Assembly (NCBI GenBank): GCA_002069815.1
Contig: MWCB01000003.1
Span: 1,438-65,437, forward strand
DNA from: Tenericutes bacterium ADurb.Bin239
GTDB taxonomy: Bacteria; Bacillota_I; Bacilli_A; RFN20; CAG-826
Direction: 5' to 3'
Length of the DNA stretch: 64,000 nucleotides
This document shows, piece after piece, positions 1-9,034 of this stretch (position 1 is its first letter; every line of letters begins with the position of its first letter). The translations under genes were made by a program, and so were the position numbers. The notes under the pieces are model-generated. The model was not told the origin of the DNA. It did no database searches and was given only the letters and a program-made list of their open reading frames with translations.

Positions 1-457
1 GACCAATAACATACGACAAAGTTCCCATAATCCGCATTGATGAATATTGCTTATTACGTTCAGAGATATATGTCCCACTATAACCATCAAGTAACGAATA
101 AAAAGGACCATTTATAAAACTAACACACGTTATAAGAATCGCATAAAACACGAATGGTTGTTTTTGAATTAATACAAAAATAATCGCCACTGATGTTTCA
201 ACGAGGGCAAAAATAAACATTAATATCCGGTTTACTTCTAAGTTTTTTGCAATACGCTGGAATGTGATATTTCCAGTTAGTGCTGCAAAAGGTGAAAGAG
301 CTGCCACTAATCCAAGTTGCGCGGTGCTAAAACCTAGGGAGGCAAGAAAAACATATAAAAAAGTATAGAAAAAAGCATCGCCTAGAAAACGAATGAAGTA
401 AGTAAGTCTTAAGTATTCGAAGGTGTGTTTCTTGGCGATTTTCTTTACAGGTTTCAT
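1..457 (-). CDS. MFS-type membrane transporter, N-terminal portion (ORF runs off the window start)
   Basis: Own translation of the minus strand from ATG 455-457 gives MKPVKKIAKKHTFEYLRLTYFIRFLGDAFFY...YSSMRIMGTLSYVIG, open to position 1. It has several hydrophobic spans and an MFS_1-like appearance. It is absent from the ORF track because there is no stop in the window. Confidence 0.5.
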   Translation of the reverse strand, partial: MKPVKKIAKKHTFEYLRLTYFIRFLGDAFFYTFLYVFLASLGFSTAQLGLVAALSPFAALTGNITFQRIAKNLEVNRILMFIFALVETSVAIIFVLIQKQPFVFYAILITCVSFINGPFYSLLDGYSGTYISERNKQYSSMRIMGTLSYVIG

Positions 458-522
458 AGTAGTGTCAATACAATGTTATCATTTTTCCTTAACTTTTGTC
501 GGGAAATAGATATAATAATTTT

Positions 523-1884
523 ATGGGAGTAAAATTAGTTGCGCAATTGCGTTTTTTTATTAGCCTTTTTGAATTTTTATTTGGGGAATTACCAAAAATT
601 CCTGGTTCAACTTTTGGCGATATACTAGTCCTTATAAACACAATTTTCTTATCCTTTCTTAGTGTTTTATATTTCTATCAAGTACTACTAAGTATATTCT
701 CTATCGTTGTTCCCTCAAAAAAGTATCCTGAGACGAATGTTTTCCCTACTTACACATTTGTTACTTGTGCTCGAAACGAAGAAACGGTAATTGCGCAACT
801 TATTACAACGATACGTGCATTAGATTATCCGCAGGATAAAATAAACATCCATGTTGTTGCTGATAATTGCACGGACAACACTGCGATTATTGCCGCGCAA
901 CTTAAGGCTCGCGTTTTTAAGCGAAACGATTTAACTAAAATAGGAAAAAGCCATGCTTTAGAATATTATTTCAACGAGCAGAAAAAAACAACACCTTCCG
1001 AAGACTTTGCTGGTTATATTGTTATTGATACTGATAATGTCTTAGATCCACAATTTTTAAAAGAAATAAATAAAGTATATCAGGCTAAGAATGCTACTGT
1101 TATTGCTAGTTATCGAGCAAGTACAAATGCTGGTGATTCGTTCTGGGCGTTTGGAACCGGATATTCTTTCTTACGGGAATGTTGCTTAATGCATAAGGGA
1201 CGCGAAGTATTAGGACTTAGTTCTTATGTATCGGGCACAGGGTTCTTTGTTAGCTACGAAAAGATGAAAGAAATCGGCGGATGGAAACATCATTTATTAA
1301 TTGAAGATATTGAGTTTTCAGCCGCACATGTTATAGATAAAGGAACAACTCATTACGCTCATGATGCTATTTTTTATGATGAACAGGCTGTTAGTTTTAA
1401 ATCAAGTTGGCATCAACGAATGCGGTGGGTAAAAGGATTATTCCAAGTATCTAGAGTATATACATGGTCACTATTTAAAGCCATTTTTGCCCGGAAAAGG
1501 ACATTAAAAGAGCGCTTTTCAGCTTATGAGTCGTTTCTTTTTTCCACACCATTTCCCGCATATATTATTCATTGGTTTATACTTTATGGTTTACTTAGTG
1601 GAGTTAACTTAGCGATAACCAGTGATATTAATTATTTCATTCAAACATATCTATTTACGCTTTTTGACTTCTTGTTTGGTTTCTATATATTTACAACAAT
1701 AATGTCTTTACTTATTAGTTTTTCAAATTGGAAACGAATTAAGATGCACTGGTTTAAAAAAATAGCGCTACCTTTCGTAGCGTTCTTTTTCCTTCTAACT
1801 TATGTTCCAATGTTACTCATTGCTCCCTTTATCAAAGTGAAATGGAAACCAGTTAAACATTACGGTTTAAAAAAGCCTTTATAA
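523..1884 (+). CDS. Membrane-embedded processive family-2 glycosyltransferase (synthase type)
   Basis: N- and C-terminal TM segments flank a GT-A domain. Motifs seen: VADNCTDNT, IDTDN (DxD), LIEDIEFS (ED) and QRMRWVKG (QxxRW). The ATG at 523 is preferred over the track's TTG at 496. Confidence 0.75.
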   Translation: MGVKLVAQLRFFISLFEFLFGELPKIPGSTFGDILVLINTIFLSFLSVLYFYQVLLSIFSIVVPSKKYPETNVFPTYTFVTCARNEETVIAQLITTIRALDYPQDKINIHVVADNCTDNTAIIAAQLKARVFKRNDLTKIGKSHALEYYFNEQKKTTPSEDFAGYIVIDTDNVLDPQFLKEINKVYQAKNATVIASYRASTNAGDSFWAFGTGYSFLRECCLMHKGREVLGLSSYVSGTGFFVSYEKMKEIGGWKHHLLIEDIEFSAAHVIDKGTTHYAHDAIFYDEQAVSFKSSWHQRMRWVKGLFQVSRVYTWSLFKAIFARKRTLKERFSAYESFLFSTPFPAYIIHWFILYGLLSGVNLAITSDINYFIQTYLFTLFDFLFGFYIFTTIMSLLISFSNWKRIKMHWFKKIALPFVAFFFLLTYVPMLLIAPFIKVKWKPVKHYGLKKPL

Positions 1885-2856
1885 ATCAAATATTAAATGA
1901 TCAATTGATAATTCACTAACGCGCTTAACATTTAATAAAACGAAAATTTTTTGTAAGTCGATAATTAATTCATCGACTTTTTTTATCATTGTTTGAAGTG
2001 GAAAGTCACATAAATCAAGAAAATATTTAGCCATTCCCGCTGCTTTAGCGCCTAACGCTAGTGATTTGACAATCGAACCAGCAGAATTAATGCCACCACT
2101 TGCAAGTACTTCAAAATTAGGATAATTACGCGCAAGAAGGAGTGATTCAATGGTAGAAATACCAAAATCAAGTAAAGATGAAGTAGTTTTATCTTGCCTT
2201 TGTAATTCGATTAATGAAAAGTCGGTGCCACCCTTACCACTTACATCAATATATTTAACACCAATGTCCTTTAATAACAAAAGAGTTGGTTCACTCATAC
2301 CGTAACCAACCTCCTTTATAAGAACAGGAACTTTAACAGCTTTTAAAATATTACGAATATTAGCTTCCCATTTCGTGAAGTCACGATCGCCTTCTTCCAT
2401 CACTAGTTCATGAACGCTATTGACATGGATAGCTAACGCATTTGCACGCAGCATCTTAACAGCGGCAACCGCCATTTCAGGCGTGAAATTAGGATTAATA
2501 TTTGCAACTATAAATAAATCAGGGAAATTAATCCGCAGTTTTTCAAATGATACTTTTGCCTCTTTATTTTCAAACGCCAAACTTTGAGAGCCGACAAAGA
2601 AAGGAAGCCCAAAATGCAGGGCTAATGCTGCTAGTTTAATATTTATGTCATTGCCTTTTTTATTACCACCAGTCATGGCGTTAATATAAAAAGGATACTT
2701 AAATTTATGGCCCAAGAATGTTGTTGATAAGTCAACATCTTTTAATGATATCGAGGGAATACTATGATGAACAAAACGAATATAATCAAAATCATTTTCA
2801 CAAACATCAACCGCTTTTGCGAACATGATGTGATCATCCTTACGATTATTATTCAT
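1879..2856 (-). CDS. fni: Type 2 isopentenyl-diphosphate delta-isomerase (IDI-2, FMN-dependent)
   Basis: MNNNRKDDHI... N-terminus typical of IDI-2 and TIM-barrel-like Gly-rich motifs (MTGG, ASGGI). SD GGAGG lies before ATG 2854-2856. Overlaps the mvaK2 stop by 8 nt. Confidence 0.85.
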   Translation of the reverse strand: MNNNRKDDHIMFAKAVDVCENDFDYIRFVHHSIPSISLKDVDLSTTFLGHKFKYPFYINAMTGGNKKGNDINIKLAALALHFGLPFFVGSQSLAFENKEAKVSFEKLRINFPDLFIVANINPNFTPEMAVAAVKMLRANALAIHVNSVHELVMEEGDRDFTKWEANIRNILKAVKVPVLIKEVGYGMSEPTLLLLKDIGVKYIDVSGKGGTDFSLIELQRQDKTTSSLLDFGISTIESLLLARNYPNFEVLASGGINSAGSIVKSLALGAKAAGMAKYFLDLCDFPLQTMIKKVDELIIDLQKIFVLLNVKRVSELSIDHLIFDL

Positions 2857-3826
2857 TATCCTTCCTCCAAATATCAAGAATGATGATACCTTCATTCTCC
2901 CACATTTTAGTTAATGGTTCAATAACGCTTTTGTCATTAATTTGGGCAATACCACAGTCACCATAACCCGCGCCCGATATCTTAGCGACGACCCCTAATT
3001 CTTTGGCGCTTTTCACTAATGCTTTCAAGCGCGGCGTCACCATCCCTTTACGTGACAATCCTAATTCGTCTAATAAATTTTGATATTGGCGAAGATACAT
3101 ATCATCATAAGTTACTAAATAATTGTTAACTAATTTGTCGGCCTTTTGATAGAATGAATCATGAACCTTTCCGTTTGTGTCAGGCGTAAAGTTTTCTTTA
3201 GTCCATCCCACTAAAAAGTAAGGTATTTTAGTGAGCAATTTAATTTCAAGAAGTGGCCATTCAATTTCAAGCAATTCAAAAACTCGTGTTTCTTTTAGCA
3301 ACCAATTTAAGTCATAACGAACATAATACAAAGGAACGTCAAAAATAGTACAAGCTAAGTCACCACCTGAAGTAAGTGAATTTAGTTCTTTTTGAATTAG
3401 CACTGCCATTTTAAAAAGAACAAGTGGTGACAAATTAGTGCGATAAAGTCTATTAAGCAACTTTAAAGTTAAAACGACACTAGCAGCGCTAGATCCTAAA
3501 CCATATTTAATTTGTTCATCGCTTATTAAGTTGTTTTCAATTGTATATTCAAATTCGCAAATAGGAATATTTTTTAAAGCGAGATATTCATTAAAGAAAG
3601 TAATAGTTGTAACCGTATTTTTTAATTGATGCGGACATCCATTTTCAAGTAAAGTGTGATAGGGATGTGAAATACCACCTTCAATAATAGTAGTTTTATG
3701 ATTAGGGACTAAAGTGCCTTGTAAAAAAAGATTAACGGGCGCGACAATTGCCCCGTGTCCACTTTTTAAAACATTATATTCACCGATGATGTAAAGCTTA
3801 CCAGGTACTTTTTCATGAATTTGCAT
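2849..3826 (-). CDS. mvaK2: Phosphomevalonate kinase (GHMP kinase family)
   Basis: MQIHEKVPGKLYIIGEYNVL N-terminus, GLGSSAA GHMP motif, and position between mvaD and fni. Internal ATG 3824-3826 chosen as start. Confidence 0.8.
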   Translation of the reverse strand: MQIHEKVPGKLYIIGEYNVLKSGHGAIVAPVNLFLQGTLVPNHKTTIIEGGISHPYHTLLENGCPHQLKNTVTTITFFNEYLALKNIPICEFEYTIENNLISDEQIKYGLGSSAASVVLTLKLLNRLYRTNLSPLVLFKMAVLIQKELNSLTSGGDLACTIFDVPLYYVRYDLNWLLKETRVFELLEIEWPLLEIKLLTKIPYFLVGWTKENFTPDTNGKVHDSFYQKADKLVNNYLVTYDDMYLRQYQNLLDELGLSRKGMVTPRLKALVKSAKELGVVAKISGAGYGDCGIAQINDKSVIEPLTKMWENEGIIILDIWRKDNE

Positions 3827-4766
3827 TAGTAATTCCGCCTCCAACACCACTTACTTGGATTTCAACATCAGGGAGAAGTCTAATAATATCATTAACATAT
3901 TGTTCAAGCGTGAAAAGAATAAGGTTTGGCCCAGCATCAAATGTATAGAATACAGGAATTTTGTGTTTAGAACGAATAGAACGGATAGTTTGGATTAATT
4001 TTTGGGTTTTAGGCGTGTGATATTCTAACCCCGCTTCAAGCATGACATTGCGCATTAATTCCGCGCTGCGTTCGGAAATATGACCCACTGCTTCGATATC
4101 TTTAGCATTAAGAGCCTCAATTAGTGGTTCCACTAAATCATTTGATTCTTTAACGTAGATTGAATAAGATTTTGATTTTTCAACAGTTATTTGCATTCCA
4201 ACTCGGCTTGAAACTGTTTTAATACCAGGATCAATTATTGTAAATAGCATTCTAAATTCAGGCCAATCAATTGGTAATTTTTCTGCAAAACTTGTTTTAT
4301 GATTTTTTCCGCGATGCCAAATCACAAAACCACCATGAACTGAACGCGTAGCAGAACCTGAACCAAGTCGCGCAAGTCGTGACAGTTCTTTTTTACTTAC
4401 TTTTGCGCCGATAGCATCTACGTAAGCAGCAGCAAGGGCAGCAAAAGCACTTGCGCTACTAGCGTACCCCGCTTTAATAAAAACATGATTATATGAAGTA
4501 ACGATACAGTATTCACCACGTCCAAAATGCTTACGTAAAGCATCCAAATGATGGGCCACTCTTGTATATTGAATACCAGTTAGCGCTTTATCATCAAGAA
4601 TAACAACGTCTTTTTTAGCATTAGGATCTAATTCAACATTAGTTAATGTATAAAAATTATCAGCGGTAATTGATACGCTTGTTTGATAGGGAAGATTAAT
4701 TGTAGTGTCAGCTTTTCCCCAATACTTAAGAATCGCAATATTTACATTTGCTTTTTTATACTTCAT
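3813..4766 (-). CDS. mvaD: Diphosphomevalonate decarboxylase
   Basis: MKYKKANVNIAILKYWGK start, GSGSATRS motif, GHMP fold. Overlaps its neighbours on both sides. Confidence 0.88.
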   Translation of the reverse strand: MKYKKANVNIAILKYWGKADTTINLPYQTSVSITADNFYTLTNVELDPNAKKDVVILDDKALTGIQYTRVAHHLDALRKHFGRGEYCIVTSYNHVFIKAGYASSASAFAALAAAYVDAIGAKVSKKELSRLARLGSGSATRSVHGGFVIWHRGKNHKTSFAEKLPIDWPEFRMLFTIIDPGIKTVSSRVGMQITVEKSKSYSIYVKESNDLVEPLIEALNAKDIEAVGHISERSAELMRNVMLEAGLEYHTPKTQKLIQTIRSIRSKHKIPVFYTFDAGPNLILFTLEQYVNDIIRLLPDVEIQVSGVGGGITNANS

Positions 4767-5656
4767 GTTATCTTCCTTAAATCAATTAGCCACGAAGGAT
4801 ATTCCGCTAATTGTTTTTGGGCACGAGTAGCGATTGTTTCACTATCAAAAAGAGCAATTAAACATCCGCCCATACCGCCCCCCGTAATTTTAACACCGAT
4901 GGCCCCAGCGCTAAATAATTGTACGCGTAACAATTCTAAAGTTGGAGTTGAAATACCAAGCGCTTGTAGATGTGTGTGGGCCGCATTAAACATCGTGGCA
5001 AGCAATTTTAAATCATTATGTTCTAAGGCCCACTTCGCATTAGCGGTCAATGAACCCAAGGCATTAATATGAATATCACGATGCGGATGCTTATTAACAT
5101 GCTCCACCGCATCTTTAGTGGCACTATTAGTGTTTGAATAAAAGACTGCTAAATAGCCATCAATATTGAAATTGAGTGCCTTTATGTGCGGCTTTTGATA
5201 TATAATTGGCTTTTCATAAATTATAGTGGAAGCATCAATCCCGCTTGCATTAGTGTGATAAATATTTTCTGAAATTTTTAATAATTCAAAATATTCAAAA
5301 GCAGTTAAACCAAGGCTAAAATGATTATTAAAAGCATCAATAATAGCTTTTGCTACACTGGCGCTTGATCCCATCCCACTCCGCTCAGGGAGGCTTGAAC
5401 GGATACCGATAATTACGGGAGTAAGAGTTTTAAATTCTTTTTTTAATTCCGAAATTAAAGCAACTAACCCACGCAATTCAAACACAGCTTTATCAAGTGG
5501 ACCAGTATAGTATTTTGTTTCAAGAACAAATTCAGTATGCGGAGTTAAAACAACTTCACTTCTTAATGAATAAAAAGGAATGGCAATCGCGGGGTGTCCA
5601 TATACAACTGAATGCTCCCCGATTAAAATAATTTTTGCTAAACCGTATCCATCCAT
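4763..5656 (-). CDS. mvk: Mevalonate kinase
   Basis: KIILIGEHSVVYGHPAIAIP N-terminal motif and GMGSSAS GHMP motif. First enzyme gene of the lower mevalonate block. Confidence 0.88.
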   Translation of the reverse strand: MDGYGLAKIILIGEHSVVYGHPAIAIPFYSLRSEVVLTPHTEFVLETKYYTGPLDKAVFELRGLVALISELKKEFKTLTPVIIGIRSSLPERSGMGSSASVAKAIIDAFNNHFSLGLTAFEYFELLKISENIYHTNASGIDASTIIYEKPIIYQKPHIKALNFNIDGYLAVFYSNTNSATKDAVEHVNKHPHRDIHINALGSLTANAKWALEHNDLKLLATMFNAAHTHLQALGISTPTLELLRVQLFSAGAIGVKITGGGMGGCLIALFDSETIATRAQKQLAEYPSWLIDLRKIT

Positions 5657-5670
5657 AATAATTTCCCAAA

Positions 5671-7065
5671 TTAGAAGAGAGCCTTTAGTATGGTAATAAA
5701 TAGACCACCAGCGTAGAGGGCCATAAATTGAACTCCGTAACCTGCTCCTTTTTTATTTAACCATCCACTTAAAAGACCAACCCCAACTACAATTATTAAA
5801 CCATAGATACCAGCCTCGGCAAAGGAAAGTAAAGCAATAATTGAGAACAAGAAAATGAGAACTGTTTCTTGGGAAATGTATTTAAAAACAAGTTCAGTCA
5901 TCTTATGTGAATATTTCATTCCTAATGAAACTGTAATACTTAATCCAATTACTAAACCAATAATAATAGCGACTAACAAATTACCTTTTGGTACCGCTAA
6001 TCCAGCGTAATCAGCAAGGATGATGGGACTGCCGGCTTTATCAAAAATAACAGATCCTGGACCAAGCGCCGCGGGTGAAATAGGAAAAGCAAACACGAAG
6101 AGCGAAATCATAATACCCGCTAAATAAGTAGCGCTTGATAAACCATTGACAACCGAAACTCCTTGTAAAGCCTGTTGGACTTCATCTTTTTCATTTTTTG
6201 TTGAAAATTCACCAAGCATCATCGTGACACCAACAGGTGACATAAAAAAGAGTAAACTACCGATTGCGCTAGCAATACCAGTTTTACGAATAATACGTTT
6301 ATGTCCCTTTTCACTTTTTTTAATAACGTCATCAAGAATAACAGTCATCTTACCTTCAACTTTTTGACTTTTAAAAACATTTGGGAACATAAGTTCAAAT
6401 AAAGCAAAAAGAAGCGGACCAGTCGTAATACTTAAAAAGAAGGGGGTCATGGATAATTTACGACCACCGATAAAGGCATTTAACAAAGTGTTGTTAACAA
6501 CTAATCCTGGATTACGTAAAAATGCTGTGACAAAGCCAAACGGAATGATTGATAATAAACAAATAAGTTTTTCTTTGTTCGTTAAACTCATTAAAATAGC
6601 GCCACCTAAGAAGATGTATTCATTGTATTTTTTAATGAAATTACTAATTTCAATTCCTGTTTGAACGGAAATAAATTCAAAAAGTCCCCAAAAGGCAAGT
6701 GCAATTGGGAAACTAACTAAGACACCAATTAAAGATCCAAGCATCATCCACTGGACGCTATAAGAGGTGTAACCGTGTTTTTTAAGCGTTTGACTGTGAC
6801 CGACAAGGGGTGTTGACATTACCCCGCCAGGTATTGATGTTATGGCGGTTGGGATTGAGTCTGCAATATTAAGAGTGACAACCGCGGCCATAAATCCAGC
6901 CATAATTACCAGCGGATTAAGTTTTAGCGTAACTAGAATTAGTGTCATCGGCACTAAGACTGAAGTTTCATCAGTGCCAGGAATAATACCAATGATTAGA
7001 TATAAAGCGGTCATGAGTAAAGCAATACCGACCATCTGTAAAATAAGCGACAGTGTAATAACCAT
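5671..7065 (-). CDS. TctA-like (DUF112) polytopic permease
   Basis: 464 aa with more than 10 TM segments. IIPGTDETSVLVPMT and SIPGGVMSTPLVGHSQTLKKHG resemble the TctA PG(x)G and DG..mar.G blocks. Only 14 nt upstream of mvk. Confidence 0.55.
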   Translation of the reverse strand: MVITLSLILQMVGIALLMTALYLIIGIIPGTDETSVLVPMTLILVTLKLNPLVIMAGFMAAVVTLNIADSIPTAITSIPGGVMSTPLVGHSQTLKKHGYTSYSVQWMMLGSLIGVLVSFPIALAFWGLFEFISVQTGIEISNFIKKYNEYIFLGGAILMSLTNKEKLICLLSIIPFGFVTAFLRNPGLVVNNTLLNAFIGGRKLSMTPFFLSITTGPLLFALFELMFPNVFKSQKVEGKMTVILDDVIKKSEKGHKRIIRKTGIASAIGSLLFFMSPVGVTMMLGEFSTKNEKDEVQQALQGVSVVNGLSSATYLAGIMISLFVFAFPISPAALGPGSVIFDKAGSPIILADYAGLAVPKGNLLVAIIIGLVIGLSITVSLGMKYSHKMTELVFKYISQETVLIFLFSIIALLSFAEAGIYGLIIVVGVGLLSGWLNKKGAGYGVQFMALYAGGLFITILKALF

Positions 7066-7070
7066 AAAAA

Positions 7071-7355
7071 TTAGCCCTCACGACCACTTTCTTTTAAATC
7101 GCTTGATTTAACGATGTTCCGTTGGGGCTTAATCCATAAATTATTGATGACAAAAGCGATCAAAATTGCTAACGTACCAAACCCGTAAATAAAATCTTTC
7201 TTTTTTTCGGCAATAACGACAATATATTTAGCTAATATTTCGATTGTAACAAATGTTAATGCCACAAAGGCCAAGCTGATTGCTAGGCCGATAAAGAGCG
7301 ACGATATCACAATATGGTCTCCCCACAAGCGTACCATCGTTTTTTTCTTTTTCAT
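7071..7355 (-). CDS. Small membrane protein (2-3 TM), possible small subunit of the TctA-like permease
   Basis: ORF with SD GAGGT about 9 nt before ATG 7353-7355. Hydrophobic. Its stop lies 5 nt before the TctA-like start. Confidence 0.45.
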   Translation of the reverse strand: MKKKKTMVRLWGDHIVISSLFIGLAISLAFVALTFVTIEILAKYIVVIAEKKKDFIYGFGTLAILIAFVINNLWIKPQRNIVKSSDLKESGREG

Positions 7356-7381
7356 AATATTCAAACCTCGCCTGAATCGTT

Positions 7382-7390
7382 ATTATAGCA
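7382..7390 (-). promoter_or_regulatory. Extended -10 promoter element (TGCTATAAT) for the small-protein/TctA/mevalonate operon
   Basis: The reverse complement of 7382-7390 reads TGCTATAAT, about 27 nt upstream of ATG 7355. No convincing -35 was found. Confidence 0.4.
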
Positions 7391-7473
7391 TTTTTATACA
7401 TTAATAAAGGTAAAACCTATAAACGATTTTCAAAAAATCATTAAGATTTATTGAAAACAAAGTGTAACCACAT

Positions 7474-7506
7474 AAAAAAGATGGCCCTTTTAAAGCCATC
7501 TTTCTT
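7474..7506 (-). terminator. Rho-independent terminator after the MFS gene
   Basis: Stem AAGATGGC (7478-7485) pairs with GCCATCTT (7495-7502), with A/T runs on both sides. It sits immediately after the stop at 7523. Confidence 0.65.
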
Positions 7507-7522
7507 AATAAGTTAAAGACAA

Positions 7523-9022
7523 TTATTCTTTTGGTTCTTCAGCAATGTCTTCCACTGGTTTTAAGTTAGTGATTGGTGCTGGCTCACCATGTTTAACAAA
7601 GAACATTGGAATAAACGCCAGACCCATAAACACTGCGCTATAAATAAAGAGAACGGGGTAGTAGTTAGTAATATCCATAAGGAAACCAGAGAAAATAGGA
7701 GTGGCAATCATTGCACTCATACTAGCGGCGTAATAATAACCAGTATAAACACCAATATTACCATGGCGCGACATCTCAACAACCATTGGATAACTATTAA
7801 CGTTAATAGAAGCCCAACTAATACCAACAAGCCCCATGATGATGTACATTAATACTTTTGTTTCACCTGTAATGAAGACAGCAGCGCCCAAGGCAACAGT
7901 TAAAACGGAAATGCCAAAAAGAATCATACGGCGACGACCAACCTTTTGCGAGATTATCCCAATTGGTATAAACGCTAAGGTTGCGGTAATAATTCCAATT
8001 AATGGGGGCAAACTAAAGTCTTCAAGACCTAAATGGTTAAACGCATAAACCGAGAACTTCGTAGTAGCAGCGTTGTAACCCATAAACCATAATACGACTG
8101 CGGTTAAGATAAGGATGAAACTGCGCCGAACATCTTTTGGCATTTTTTCATCATCACTGTGTTGTGAAACATCTAAACCTTCATCATCAATATCTAAAGT
8201 ATCAAGATTATATCTTTCCGTAATCTCCACCATTTCTTTGTACCACGCGTTTTCTCTGACAGTAAGCACAAAGACCGCAATGAGTGCAAGCATCAATAAA
8301 CTTGTAACTATAAAAGTAGTGACATAGCCTGTTTTCTTAAAAATATCACCTTTGGCAAAGAAGAAAACAAGCATATAAGAAATAGCGCCACCGAGGGTAC
8401 CCATGAAGTTAATAACCGCGTTAGCTTTACTTCGTAAAGGTTTTGGCGTAACATCTGGCATTAAACTAACAGCCGGACTACGATAAATGCCCATAGCAAC
8501 AAGAACAAAGAACAAGACAACGATAAAACCAATGAGAAGACCAGGTTTATGTCTTGTTAATTCGGTAAAAATTAACCTAGCGCGTTGATCAGCAAGGCGA
8601 GAACGAACCGTGTTAGTGAACACATCTGCGCCATAAGTAAATGAATAAACTGGATTTTCAGGTGTACCACCTTTACTAATTAATGAAAAGCCAAGATCAC
8701 TGACCGCAATTTGTTGATATAAGTCAAAGAATGCAACGCCAACAAAAAGAGTAGCGGCTACAATAGTACCAACAATGATAAATGGCATTCTTTTACCGAT
8801 TTTAGTTCGTGTCTTATCACTAATGCGTCCGAAAAGCGGGAGCATAAAAAGCGCTAGGATATTATCAAGTGCCATGATAAAACCTGAGAAAGTTTGGTTT
8901 AGACCGAAGTTGTCAACAAGCATTTTGGCAATGATGGTGTCATACATCGTCCAAAAAAGCATAATTGACATAAAAGCCAATCCAACGAGAAATGTGCGTT
9001 TCATATTAAGTTTTAGTTCCAT
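7523..9022 (-). CDS. MFS transporter (GPH/SLC45-like)
   Basis: 499 aa with about 12 TM segments. Loop 2-3 motif GRISDKTRTKIGKRMPF. Co-oriented with the adjacent glycerophosphodiesterase gene, 12 nt apart. Confidence 0.7.
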   Translation of the reverse strand: MELKLNMKRTFLVGLAFMSIMLFWTMYDTIIAKMLVDNFGLNQTFSGFIMALDNILALFMLPLFGRISDKTRTKIGKRMPFIIVGTIVAATLFVGVAFFDLYQQIAVSDLGFSLISKGGTPENPVYSFTYGADVFTNTVRSRLADQRARLIFTELTRHKPGLLIGFIVVLFFVLVAMGIYRSPAVSLMPDVTPKPLRSKANAVINFMGTLGGAISYMLVFFFAKGDIFKKTGYVTTFIVTSLLMLALIAVFVLTVRENAWYKEMVEITERYNLDTLDIDDEGLDVSQHSDDEKMPKDVRRSFILILTAVVLWFMGYNAATTKFSVYAFNHLGLEDFSLPPLIGIITATLAFIPIGIISQKVGRRRMILFGISVLTVALGAAVFITGETKVLMYIIMGLVGISWASINVNSYPMVVEMSRHGNIGVYTGYYYAASMSAMIATPIFSGFLMDITNYYPVLFIYSAVFMGLAFIPMFFVKHGEPAPITNLKPVEDIAEEPKE

Positions 9023-9034
9023 ATTTTTTCTCCT

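Noticed and set aside
4683-5072. 129-aa plus-strand ORF spanning the mvaD/mvk junction, and smaller plus-strand ORFs within the TctA-like and MFS genes (6146..8327)
   Set aside because: They lie opposite strongly motif-supported genes and have no ribosome-binding sites.
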